Assembly: GCA_038214755.1 (NCBI GenBank) | Contig: JBBQRQ010000012.1 | Location: forward strand, 1-64,000 | Direction of reading: 5' to 3' | Source: Verrucomicrobiota bacterium | GTDB taxonomy: Bacteria > Verrucomicrobiota > Verrucomicrobiia > Limisphaerales > CANJXF01 | DNA length: 64,000 nt | Part shown: piece after piece, positions 52,221 to 61,518 of the stretch | How positions within the stretch are numbered: the stretch's first letter is position 1 | How the letters are laid out: every line of letters begins with the position of its first letter | Made by a program: the position numbers and the translations under genes | Notes under the pieces: generated by a model | The model's database searches: none | Seen by the model: the letters and a program-made list of their open reading frames with translations, nothing else | Told to the model about the DNA's origin: nothing

Positions 52221-52610
52221 TCAGCCCTTTTTCTCCGCTAATTTCCTAATCACTTCCGCCAATCCTTTTTTATCCATGCGCTTTTGGGCGATGGCGATCA
52301 TGGCGTCGTAGAGAATGTCGTCGGCTCTCGGGCAGTGGATTCCATTTTCTGCCAGGAACGTAATCGCGGAAAGAATCCCCGTTCGTTTGTTTCCATCTAC
52401 AAAGGCCTGGGACTCGGCAATGTGAAACGCGTAACTTGTAGCGACATCAAATAAATCTCCACCGTAATGCCAAGTGTTCCTGGCCGACGCTAACGCAGAA
52501 TCCACCAAACCAGAATCTCCTATGCCAGCCATTCCACCGAAAAGTTCAAGCGATATATCGTGTATTCTTTCCACCTCATTGCGGAAGAGAAAGCGTGGTT
52601 CCTTCTTCAT
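52221..52610 (-). CDS. doc: Death-on-curing (Doc/Fic) toxin
   Basis: SQAFVDGNKRTG variant Fic motif. Confidence 0.88.
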   Translation of the reverse strand: MKKEPRFLFRNEVERIHDISLELFGGMAGIGDSGLVDSALASARNTWHYGGDLFDVATSYAFHIAESQAFVDGNKRTGILSAITFLAENGIHCPRADDILYDAMIAIAQKRMDKKGLAEVIRKLAEKKG

Positions 52611-52798
52611 TGAGCAAGCCGTCGCAAAAGCTCACGGTGTTCTTCTACAGCCCATTTCAGCGAAGCGTTAAATGTGGTTTCTCCTGACTTGTGTGCCTCT
52701 TGCAGAGAGCGCTCAAGCTTATGAACGAAAGAAATAATCACTTCCTGTTCTTTGCGGGGAAGATTTTGAATTTCGTCGATAACTTGAGTTGTGCTCAT
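52607..52798 (-). CDS. Antitoxin partner of Doc
   Basis: C-terminal HRELLRRLAQ; ATGA overlap with doc. Confidence 0.75.
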   Translation of the reverse strand: MSTTQVIDEIQNLPRKEQEVIISFVHKLERSLQEAHKSGETTFNASLKWAVEEHRELLRRLAQ

Positions 52799-52824
52799 GT
52801 GAAAATGGTAATGGAACTGCCTGT

Positions 52825-54900
52825 TTACGCCAACTTCGGATTCAATTCCATCGGCGCAGATTTATTCTCGGGCGGCTCAGCAACCATGGCCTGATACGGC
52901 TCCAATTCCTCACCCTGCCGAACCAATCGGAAGCTGTTGAAAACGACGATGAGTGAGCCGACGACATGCATGATGGCGGCGACAATTGGATTGATATAGC
53001 CGAACGCCGCGAGCACCAAACCGCCGATCACAAATAAAATTCCGAGCAGAAAATTTTGATTAATCACGGCGCGAGTCTGACGCGAAAGTTTTACAAGAAA
53101 GGGCAGGCGGCGAAGATCGTTGTTCATCAGCGCAATCGTCGCGCTGTGGATGGCGACTTCGCTGCCAGCCGCGCCCATCGCGATGCCGAGGTCACCTGCC
53201 GCGAGCGCGGGAGCGTCGTTCACCCCGTCACCGACCACGGCGACGCGATAACCTTTTGCTTTTGTCGCGCGCACAAATTCAACTTTGTTCTGCGGCAAGC
53301 ATTCCGCGACAACTTCTTCACATCCAATTTCGCGCGCGACCCGAGCGGCGACTGGCTCGCGGTCGCCGCTGACCATGGCGATGCGCCGCACACCTGCTTG
53401 TTTCAATTCAACCAACGCCTGACTTGCTTCTTTTCGCGTTTCGTCCTGCAAGCCAACCCAGCCAATGCACTTTCCGTTTTGCGCGACGTAAATGAGGCTG
53501 AATCCTTCGGCTTCTTTGAGGTCAACCGACGCGGTGAAATCATCCGCAATTCCATTGTCCTTCAACCATTGCGCGCGGCCGACGACGATGTTTTTTCCAT
53601 CGACTTCTGCTTTGATTCCCCGACCGGCCGTTTCCGAAAAATTCTGCGGCTCAGGCAACGGCACGCCCGCTTCACCGGCTAATTGCGCCAATGCTTTCGC
53701 CGTTGGATGATTGGAATATTTTTCGGCGGACGCAGCGATGCGCAATAAATCCGCCGGAGCAGTTTCCCCAAGTGGAGCGAGGCGGCTGACGGCAAGTTTT
53801 CCCGTGGTGAGCGTTCCCGTTTTATCGAAGACGAACGCATTTATTTTTGCGGCGAGTTCAATGTCCGCGACGTTCTTGATCAAAATTCCCAAACGCGCGG
53901 CGGCGGAAAGAGCGGCGACCATCGCGGTGGGCGTGGCCAAAATAAATGCGCAAGGACAAGCGACCACGCAGACGGCAATGACGCGTTCCAAATCTTTTGT
54001 AAACGCCCAGATCAATGCGGCGATCAACAAAACCAGCGGCGTGTAAAATCCCATGTATTGATCGACGATGCGCATGATCGGCAGTTTGGTTTTCTCGGCG
54101 GCCAAAATAAGTTCGCGCACTTTGCCGAGCGTGGTGTCCTGGCCGGCGCGGCTGACTCTAATTTCCAAAACACCCGTGAGATTTTGGGTGCCGGCAAAAA
54201 CTTCGTCGCCCGGTTTTTTATCCACCGGCAATGATTCGCCCGTGATGTTGGCCTGATTGAATGACCCTTGCCCAGTCACGATGAGGCCGTCGGCAGCGAC
54301 GTTGTCTCCGGGACGAACGCGAATGACATCTCCGATGGCTAAATCTTTTGTGGCGACTTCCTCTTCAAGCCGACTTTCAGTCGGCGGAACCACGTTTTGT
54401 GCTGCGGGATTTTTTCCAGATTCTGCCGACAGAATGTCGGCAGCACGTTGGATGCGACGCGCTTTTGTCGGAGTCAATTTGATGAGCGATTCGATGGACA
54501 AACGCGCGCCTTCCGCCGTTCGCGTTTCGATGATTTCTCCCAGCAACATGAAAAACGCGACCAGCCCCGCCTCCTGATAATTGCCCGACGAAAACGCCGC
54601 GATCACCGCCAGCGCGACGAGTTCGTTGGTCGTCAAGATTCCGCGCCGCAAATCTTTCAACGACGTCCAGACAATCGGGTAACCGAGAATGATCGCGCCG
54701 ATCATCGCGCTGAAACCGGCGACCGTGCCACCCTTGCCGTAAATCCAATCGATGACGAATGAGTTGATGATGAAAATCAGGCCGAGGACGGTTTGCTGAA
54801 GACGCACGGGCGTATGCGAATGTTCGTGGCCGCACTCGCCGCAACTTTCGTCCTGTGTGTGGTCGTATTCGGTTCGGCTGAGTAATGAAGTGACTTGCAT
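52825..54900 (-). CDS. Heavy-metal P1B-type ATPase
   Basis: TGES, CPC, DKTGT, HP and GDGVNDAP motifs; short Cys/His N-terminus. Confidence 0.95.
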   Translation of the reverse strand: MQVTSLLSRTEYDHTQDESCGECGHEHSHTPVRLQQTVLGLIFIINSFVIDWIYGKGGTVAGFSAMIGAIILGYPIVWTSLKDLRRGILTTNELVALAVIAAFSSGNYQEAGLVAFFMLLGEIIETRTAEGARLSIESLIKLTPTKARRIQRAADILSAESGKNPAAQNVVPPTESRLEEEVATKDLAIGDVIRVRPGDNVAADGLIVTGQGSFNQANITGESLPVDKKPGDEVFAGTQNLTGVLEIRVSRAGQDTTLGKVRELILAAEKTKLPIMRIVDQYMGFYTPLVLLIAALIWAFTKDLERVIAVCVVACPCAFILATPTAMVAALSAAARLGILIKNVADIELAAKINAFVFDKTGTLTTGKLAVSRLAPLGETAPADLLRIAASAEKYSNHPTAKALAQLAGEAGVPLPEPQNFSETAGRGIKAEVDGKNIVVGRAQWLKDNGIADDFTASVDLKEAEGFSLIYVAQNGKCIGWVGLQDETRKEASQALVELKQAGVRRIAMVSGDREPVAARVAREIGCEEVVAECLPQNKVEFVRATKAKGYRVAVVGDGVNDAPALAAGDLGIAMGAAGSEVAIHSATIALMNNDLRRLPFLVKLSRQTRAVINQNFLLGILFVIGGLVLAAFGYINPIVAAIMHVVGSLIVVFNSFRLVRQGEELEPYQAMVAEPPENKSAPMELNPKLA

Positions 54901-54948
54901 AAAATTATTTTAATTCAGCGGCGGTCACAGACGCGCCGCTACAGATTA

Positions 54949-56073
54949 TTATTTTGGTTGCGCGGGAGTCGGTTCGATCACGCCGCTGCGAGATTTTTTG
55001 CGGCGATCACGGGCTTCGTCCGATTCCGCTTCGCGATTTAATTGTATCCTGATTTCGCGCGAGTTTCCATTCGCGCGACGGAGCAGCGGAAATTTATCAT
55101 CCGCAGTGGCCAGGATTTTTCCCCAGGTTTCCGTCAACAACCGCTGCCGAAAAAGATCCGGATTCCTCTGATAACTTTCGAGGCTCGCTTGGAAAGCAGT
55201 TGCCTCCGCGTTGATGCTGCCGAGTAATTTCGTGCGGTCACTCGTCGCGGTGTTCACGATGGAATTGGATTCGCTCAAAGCCGTCGTCAAGAGCGTGGCG
55301 GCGGCGCTGCGGGCGGCGTTGTTCGTCGTGCTCGCTTCCTGCTCGGCGGCAATCGCGGCATCAAAAGAATCCTTCACCTGACGCGGCGGAATGGATTCGA
55401 GCTTGCTCGATTCGACGACGATGCCGACCTGCTGTTGCGCCATCGACCGGCTGAAAAGTTGAACCACTCTGTCTTTGAACGCGCCACGATCCAAGCGCAC
55501 CGCGTTATCCACGTTGAACTGCGAGGACGCCGCGATCAACGCGTTGTCCAGGGCGTTGGTGACGACTTCTTTCGCGTCCTCAAAATTCAAGACGTAACCA
55601 ATTGGATCGGTGATTCGATAATCCAGCGTGACTCGAACGTGAATGATATTTCCATCCGAGGTCATCGTGTAGCCATCGGCTGCGGGATTCAGCGAAGGGC
55701 CGGGCGGAAATTCCGTTCCATCCGGATTCATAAAATACCAGCCGACGGAGGAGGTGACGGTTTGGATTTCGCTGATGGGAATAAAAACTTTTTCATCGAT
55801 GGGATAAGGCCATGACCAATGCAAGCCGGGGCCAAGCAATTGTTCTTTGGCGGCGCTGGCTGGTTTGCCAAAACGGAGCACGACGGCTTTTTGATTGGGC
55901 GGCACGGTGAAAATTCCAGAGCCAAGAAACACAATGACGAGCGCGACCATGATCAACTTCACGATGCTGAAGCTGCTCCGCAACGCTTCCGACAACGCTT
56001 GCGAACCGGCGTCCTCCAGCGGCGTGGGTGTTGGCGCTGACTCGTGTTCGTGATGATCGTGTTGATCGCTCAT
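54949..56073 (-). CDS. hflK: SPFH protein, HflK-like, His-rich N-terminus
   Basis: TM, AVVLRFGK, GLHWSWPYPID, TSDGNI, PPRQVKDSF. Confidence 0.85.
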   Translation of the reverse strand: MSDQHDHHEHESAPTPTPLEDAGSQALSEALRSSFSIVKLIMVALVIVFLGSGIFTVPPNQKAVVLRFGKPASAAKEQLLGPGLHWSWPYPIDEKVFIPISEIQTVTSSVGWYFMNPDGTEFPPGPSLNPAADGYTMTSDGNIIHVRVTLDYRITDPIGYVLNFEDAKEVVTNALDNALIAASSQFNVDNAVRLDRGAFKDRVVQLFSRSMAQQQVGIVVESSKLESIPPRQVKDSFDAAIAAEQEASTTNNAARSAAATLLTTALSESNSIVNTATSDRTKLLGSINAEATAFQASLESYQRNPDLFRQRLLTETWGKILATADDKFPLLRRANGNSREIRIQLNREAESDEARDRRKKSRSGVIEPTPAQPK

Positions 56074-56096
56074 TATTATTTTTGTAGGCGCTACAA

Positions 56097-57011
56097 TTAT
56101 TTCTTCGGCACAGTTTTCAATTGACCGTCCAACAAGTTGAATGGAGGCGTGCGCTCGTCGAGAATCAGCGTCGTGCGTTCTTTCAAAGTTTCGAGCGCTT
56201 CCACTTGCAACAGCAGGACGGCAAGCTCAGGATTTTTTTCAAAAATCTCGTAAGCCTTCGCCGCCTCGGCGTCGGCCTTGCCACGAATCTCCCGCGCCGT
56301 CGCGTCCGCTTGGGAAATAATTCCCGCGCGATCGCGATCGGCGGCGCTGGTGATCTTGCTCGCCTCAGCAACGCCTAGCGCCTGGATCCCCGCGACGACG
56401 CGCATTCGCTCTTCCTTCATACGATCAAAAACTTTTTGCGTGATGCTTTCGGGCAAGCCGAGTTTTTTGATTCCGAGAAAATTAAGGTGGATTCCATACT
56501 GCGTTTGCGCGGCGTTGGAAATCCGGTCGCGAATCTCCCCTTCGATCTGCGCAAATTTTAGCTCCTGCGGATTGGTGGAAATGAAGTGCGAAAATGGATG
56601 CTGTCCGATGACGATATTTTTTTCGCTGTTGACCAGCCGTTCCAGAGTTTGTTCCGCGCGAGGCACCGACCCGGAAAACCGTTCGCGGAATAGCATGGGA
56701 TTGGTAATGGTCCAACCGACGTAAACCGTCACCAGAACATTTTTGCCGTCGCTCGTCAGAGTCTCAGTGAACTTGTCCTCGAAGTTTTGAATGCGCTTGT
56801 CGAACTTTTGCACCTTTTGAATCGGCCACGGCCATTTGAAATAAAGTCCCGGCTCCGGCTTGTCCGGGTTGGTGTTGATGTCGCGCGTCGGCTTGCCGAA
56901 GGTCGTGACGAGCGCGACTTCCGTCTGGCGCACTTGAAAGGTGAAAAGCAACGCGCCGAAAATCAGCACCAGCAAAATTCCAATGGTGAAAGTAAGTGTG
57001 TTCCGTTTCAT
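56097..57011 (-). CDS. hflC: SPFH protein, HflC-like
   Basis: TM, FGKP, PGLYFKWPWPIQ, FDKR, VFDRMKEER, RGKADAEA. Confidence 0.9.
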   Translation of the reverse strand: MKRNTLTFTIGILLVLIFGALLFTFQVRQTEVALVTTFGKPTRDINTNPDKPEPGLYFKWPWPIQKVQKFDKRIQNFEDKFTETLTSDGKNVLVTVYVGWTITNPMLFRERFSGSVPRAEQTLERLVNSEKNIVIGQHPFSHFISTNPQELKFAQIEGEIRDRISNAAQTQYGIHLNFLGIKKLGLPESITQKVFDRMKEERMRVVAGIQALGVAEASKITSAADRDRAGIISQADATAREIRGKADAEAAKAYEIFEKNPELAVLLLQVEALETLKERTTLILDERTPPFNLLDGQLKTVPKK

Positions 57012-57166
57012 AAATTATTTCGTCTGGCTGCGTCTCGAGAGGAGCGCGGGGTTTACGCCGCTTCGCCTTACGAGCGCGGAAGATGGGAACGAATTTCCTC
57101 CAATCCGCTTCCACGTGAGAAACATTTTTCGTAAAACCGCCGCTGCCAATTCCATCGCCGCGCTGT

Positions 57167-57556
57167 TCACGTTGTTTTGATCTTGATTACTTCAAGCCCC
57201 TCCACGTCGTCGAAATCGGAGTCGCCCGCCAGCAGTGGGCAATTTAATTCCAGCGCGGCGGCCGCGATGGCGGCGTCGTAGGGCTTGATCGTCTTGCCCC
57301 GTTTGCGTTGGCCGGCAATGAGCGAGGCCAGATGTTGCGCCTGCGCTTCGTCGAAGGAAAAAACAAACGGGCGGATGTGATCGTCGTAAAAACTTTGTCC
57401 GCGCTGGCGGACGCGCTCATTTTTGACCAGGCGCAGGCCGACCAAAAATTCCGCCGCCGCCATCGCCGGCACCACAAAAGTTTCGCGATTGAGCAGACGG
57501 CGCAACTCTTCGTCGCGCTCGCTCTCGATCAGGAAACTGGTGTCGATGCACCTCAA
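57167..57556 (-). CDS. vapC: PIN-domain toxin VapC
   Basis: IDTSFLI, E, YDAAIAAAA, GDSDF acidic residues. Confidence 0.9.
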   Translation of the reverse strand: MRCIDTSFLIESERDEELRRLLNRETFVVPAMAAAEFLVGLRLVKNERVRQRGQSFYDDHIRPFVFSFDEAQAQHLASLIAGQRKRGKTIKPYDAAIAAAALELNCPLLAGDSDFDDVEGLEVIKIKTT

Positions 57557-57792
57557 CGCCAGCCTCCCGGGACAGCTTTACGGGCGTCCTGCAATGCCGC
57601 CTTCAAGGTGAGCCGGTCCTTTTTGCTGAGGGAGGCGAGGCCCTCGCAGAGTTTTTTCCCGCTGCCGGTCCGCACGCTTTGAATGGCGGCGAAAACTTTT
57701 CCGTGTCTGGCGATCTCGACTTTTTTGCCGGACTGGACGTGCCCCAAAATGCGGGCGGTCTCTCGAGCTAACTCTGAGGCGGTGGCTTTCAT
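57553..57792 (-). CDS. Phd/YefM-type antitoxin
   Basis: MKATASEL.RET..IL..V..G..V.I.RHGK. Confidence 0.82.
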   Translation of the reverse strand: MKATASELARETARILGHVQSGKKVEIARHGKVFAAIQSVRTGSGKKLCEGLASLSKKDRLTLKAALQDARKAVPGGWR

Positions 57793-57956
57793 GGGGGAGA
57801 GCGTAAGGACAAAATACGTAAAACGCAATCCTGCCTTAAACCGTAGCTGAGGCAAAACCCGCGCGTGCGGGCATTGAAACGACGTGAACGTCGCGCTCCA
57901 TCCGCGCTCTCACGAGACGCGGCTACGATTGGTGGCGAGTGGTTTCGTTTCACAAA

Positions 57957-59816
57957 TTATTTCTTGGGCGGCGGCACGGTCACGTCCAACAAGTCCGGCC
58001 TGGCTTTCTCTTCGAGATTGAGCTGGAGAACCTGAGCGTTGGTCGAGGCGATGATGTATTTGCGCGCGCCGGCGCTGGCTCGCGCGAAAGTTTGCAGATA
58101 AAGCCGCTGCGGATAAACAGTCGGCGACGCGGTGAAGGCGGTAACTTGATTGGTGAATTGTCCGGCGCGCGCGACGGCGGCGGCCACTCGGTTCAATCGA
58201 TAAATTTCCGCGTCATGAATTTTTCTTTGCGCCTCTGCTTCCGCCGCCGGCAACGTCTTGGCGCGATAGCCTTGCGCATTTAAAATTCGCCCTTCCTTTT
58301 CCTGAGTCGCGCCGACGACTTTTTGAAATTCTTCCGCAACTTTGACGGGCGGATGAATGTCTTGCAGTCCCACAAATAAAATGTTCACGCCGAGTTCAAG
58401 TTCGTTGGCACGCGCCTGGATTTTTTCCCGAAGCTCCTGCGCCGCCTTGAGCCGGCCACTCGACATAATTTCGATGAGGTCAACGCCGACGAGATAAAGC
58501 ACAACTTCGCGCGTGGCGATTTTTTCGAGAAGCGCTCCGGCATCGGCGTGGTGGTACGACCAGGCTTTCACGTTGCTGATTTGATATTGCACCGGGATGC
58601 TGACGGTCAAAAGATTGGCGGGAACATTTTGTTGGCCGGCTTGATTGGTGGAAAGTTGTTCGCTGCTGGCGACGAGCAAATTGAATTCCTCTTTGTAATG
58701 CGGGCGCGTCCAGAGAACGGTTTTCTCCTTATCCAGTTTTTCATCCGGCACGAATCCGATGTTGAACGTCTGCACTTCACGAGTGGAAATGCGGTTCACG
58801 GAATCAATGGGCCACGGAAATTTGAAGTGAACCCCCGGTTCGATGGGCGCGGTGGAAATGGGGCGACCGAAGCGCTCGATCAAACCTTGTTCGCCCGTTC
58901 CGATGAACATGACGCTTGTGGAAAGAAGTAGCACGACGACTTGCGCAACGATGATCCAGGCCAGCGCTTTTTCGAGGAAACGATAGAACCAGGTTTCGGA
59001 AACTTTGAATCCGAATTGATAATCGAGCGCATGGGCCGCCGTGGAAAAAACGCCTTCCGGTTGTCCGAGCAAACCGGCCACGCGACTTTCGTAAATCAAA
59101 CGTTCGGCTTTTCCGCGAACGCGCGGGCGATAAATTTCCAGAATTAAACTTGCGACCAGTTCGAGCGCGATGAGGCCGAGCAACAAAAGAAAAACTCGCG
59201 CCGCATACAAATCAGCGCGGGCGATCCCGCCCCAAACGACCAAGCCGATGCTCAACGCGACGAGCGCGCAAAGATACGCGCTCAACAAAAGAAAACTGGC
59301 GGAGGGGCGAAGGAGACGTTGCTTTTCGATTCGCGCGAGGCTGGAAGAATATTTTCCAAAGAGAAACAACAGGAGCGCGAACAAACCAAAAATAGAAATG
59401 GCAATGGTGGCGCGCCCTTCGATCAGCGGAAGTGGCGCGCGCAGATTTCTCCATTGCCAATAAATCGCCGCGCCTTGCAGCAGGACGAGGAGCAACGTCA
59501 GACCGGGAACGAAGAAGCGCTCAAATTGTTCGCGGGAACGGCGCGCGGCGAAGGTGTCGGCCTGCGTGGTAAATAAAGATTCGCTGCTTTTGCTTTTGAC
59601 CAGTTCGTCAAATTCCAATTTTTCCAAACGTTCACGTTCCTCGAGACGCATTTGAAAATAGCTGACGATGGCGACGAGAAAACCGGTTCCAAAAATGAAT
59701 GACGCCGCGAGCGCAGAAACGGAATTGAGGAAGCGCGAAACCGCCACCGCCACGATGGTTGCGATCAAGAGGATCGCCCAGTTGATCAGTCCGATTTTAT
59801 GAGGATTTTTTTCCAT
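57957..59816 (-). CDS. SPFH protein (HflK-like) with large polytopic N-terminal membrane domain
   Basis: About 7 TM, then ERFGRP, GVHFKFPWPID, QDIHPP.V...F. Confidence 0.88.
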   Translation of the reverse strand: MEKNPHKIGLINWAILLIATIVAVAVSRFLNSVSALAASFIFGTGFLVAIVSYFQMRLEERERLEKLEFDELVKSKSSESLFTTQADTFAARRSREQFERFFVPGLTLLLVLLQGAAIYWQWRNLRAPLPLIEGRATIAISIFGLFALLLFLFGKYSSSLARIEKQRLLRPSASFLLLSAYLCALVALSIGLVVWGGIARADLYAARVFLLLLGLIALELVASLILEIYRPRVRGKAERLIYESRVAGLLGQPEGVFSTAAHALDYQFGFKVSETWFYRFLEKALAWIIVAQVVVLLLSTSVMFIGTGEQGLIERFGRPISTAPIEPGVHFKFPWPIDSVNRISTREVQTFNIGFVPDEKLDKEKTVLWTRPHYKEEFNLLVASSEQLSTNQAGQQNVPANLLTVSIPVQYQISNVKAWSYHHADAGALLEKIATREVVLYLVGVDLIEIMSSGRLKAAQELREKIQARANELELGVNILFVGLQDIHPPVKVAEEFQKVVGATQEKEGRILNAQGYRAKTLPAAEAEAQRKIHDAEIYRLNRVAAAVARAGQFTNQVTAFTASPTVYPQRLYLQTFARASAGARKYIIASTNAQVLQLNLEEKARPDLLDVTVPPPKK

Positions 59817-59821
59817 CGAAG

Positions 59822-60781
59822 TTACGTTAATTCGCGATCTTCAAACAACGCCAGCGCCAGAGCGAGCGCGGCGCCGACGTATCCCGCCATGTAGGCGAAC
59901 GCTTTTCCGAGATAGACGAGCGGAAACTTTTTGCCGCTCTCGAGAACATCGGCGAGCCAAAACAATTGCCAATTCGGTGTGACCGCGTAAATCGTCGTCG
60001 CCCACCAGGAACCCGCTTCGGCGCGGCGGCCAAATAAATAATCCGACATCAAGCCGAGCAAAAATAATGCGGAACAAATGGCGAGAGTTGGAATGACTTC
60101 GAGACGCGTCGAACAAGCCAACGCCAGCGCGGCGAGAATCCAAAGCGCGAATAACAGCAGGACAGAAGCGGGAACCATTCGCCAATCGATGCCGGTGTAA
60201 GTTTCGTTGGGCGAAACATTTTTTTTCATGAAATAAATTACGATGAAGGCCAGCGTCAATGTCACGACCACACTGAAAACCGCATCGGCCATGAACGGTC
60301 GGCGCAAAAAAAAGTTCGTGAAACCGGCGATGAGATAAGCCGCCAGGAGACCCGCGCTAAAAACGCCCAGCGCCGGAAAATCCACTCCGCCATAAGCGTC
60401 GAAGGCCATGCGAGAGGCGAACAGCGCGGCAATTAAATTCACGTAGGTCAGCACGGCCAGTGCGAGGGCAACTCCGACAAATTTCGCAAGAAGAAATTGC
60501 GCGCGTCCGACTGGTTTCGACAAAACGGCGAGAGCAGTGCCAGTACGAATTTCCCGAGCGAGCGAAGCCGATGCGCTTAACACCGCCGCGAACAACCCCG
60601 CCAGAAACATGACTGCGAGCACACTGTTTTTCACCAGCTTCGGCTCGTCGCCAAAACCGAAATAATTGATGCACGAAAGAAAAACTTCAAACGAAGCGGA
60701 CGCCGTCATGAGCAGCAAAAAAATGGGCTGCCGAATCAATTCCATGAAGGCATTGGTCGCGATAGTGATGAATTGTCGCAT
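59822..60781 (-). CDS. ABC-2-type permease
   Basis: REIRTGTALAVLSKPVGRAQFLLAKFVG; C-terminal FEDREL. Confidence 0.88.
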   Translation of the reverse strand: MRQFITIATNAFMELIRQPIFLLLMTASASFEVFLSCINYFGFGDEPKLVKNSVLAVMFLAGLFAAVLSASASLAREIRTGTALAVLSKPVGRAQFLLAKFVGVALALAVLTYVNLIAALFASRMAFDAYGGVDFPALGVFSAGLLAAYLIAGFTNFFLRRPFMADAVFSVVVTLTLAFIVIYFMKKNVSPNETYTGIDWRMVPASVLLLFALWILAALALACSTRLEVIPTLAICSALFLLGLMSDYLFGRRAEAGSWWATTIYAVTPNWQLFWLADVLESGKKFPLVYLGKAFAYMAGYVGAALALALALFEDRELT

Positions 60782-60958
60782 TGGTTTGGTCGCGAAGATT
60801 ACGTTTCCGAAACGCGCTTGCCAATGGCAAATCTGCGGGCGTGGTATTCAGACATCGGAATGGAAAAGAGATTCAAAATTCACGGCGGGCTTTGGAGGTC
60901 GCGGTGACCTTAAAGTTTCGCGCGGAAGGATTGCCATTCTTTTGGTTTCAAGTATTTT

Positions 60959-61177
60959 TTGCCCGTGAGCACTGCGGAAAAAATCTTTCTCAAAGCTCAA
61001 CTTCTGCCGGACACGGTGCAACAAACTGTTTTGCGCATGGTGGAACGACTTTCCGAAAATCCTGATTTGGAAGAACAAGACTGGGCAAAATTTTCTTTCG
61101 CTTCCGCGATGCAGGGAATGGAAGACGAAGACTGGTCTGACTTAACCAACTCGAAGAGTTTTGAAAAATGGCAATAG
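60959..61177 (+). CDS. DUF2281-like antitoxin
   Basis: LP...Q..VL..VE.L, SFASAMQGMEDED; overlaps the toxin start. Confidence 0.7.
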   Translation: MPVSTAEKIFLKAQLLPDTVQQTVLRMVERLSENPDLEEQDWAKFSFASAMQGMEDEDWSDLTNSKSFEKWQ

Positions 61178-61518
61178 CCGCTGGCCAAATCGCGCTGGCG
61201 CGTTTTCCGCAAGCGGATTTGGAAATCGGGAAAACGCGCCCCGTTTTGTTAATCACTTCGGCTCCCGGAAATTATAACGACTGGCTGGTCTGTATGCTGT
61301 CTTCACAACTGCACCAGGCAGTTCCTGAGTTCGATGAAATTCTAACACCTTCGCAAAACGATTATCGGCTCTCCGGTTTGAATAAGCCCAGCGTTTTACG
61401 CATCAGCCGACTGGCTGTGATTAACGCAACGCAACTGTTGGGCAAAGTTGGCCAAATCGATGCGGAAAGATTGCGGCGAGTGCGGGAAAAAATTTCTGCC
61501 TGGATTTCACCTTCCTGA
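61168..61518 (+). CDS. PemK/MazF-family toxin
   Basis: FPQAD...KTRPVL...SGLNKPS.LR...G. Confidence 0.88.
   Translation: MAIAAGQIALARFPQADLEIGKTRPVLLITSAPGNYNDWLVCMLSSQLHQAVPEFDEILTPSQNDYRLSGLNKPSVLRISRLAVINATQLLGKVGQIDAERLRRVREKISAWISPS

Larger units (their letters stand above)
57026..57927. mobile_element. Split nested palindromic element enclosing a vapBC pair
   Basis: 57026-57049 pairs with 57902-57927; 57041-57064 pairs with 57876-57899 (19/24). Confidence 0.65.
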
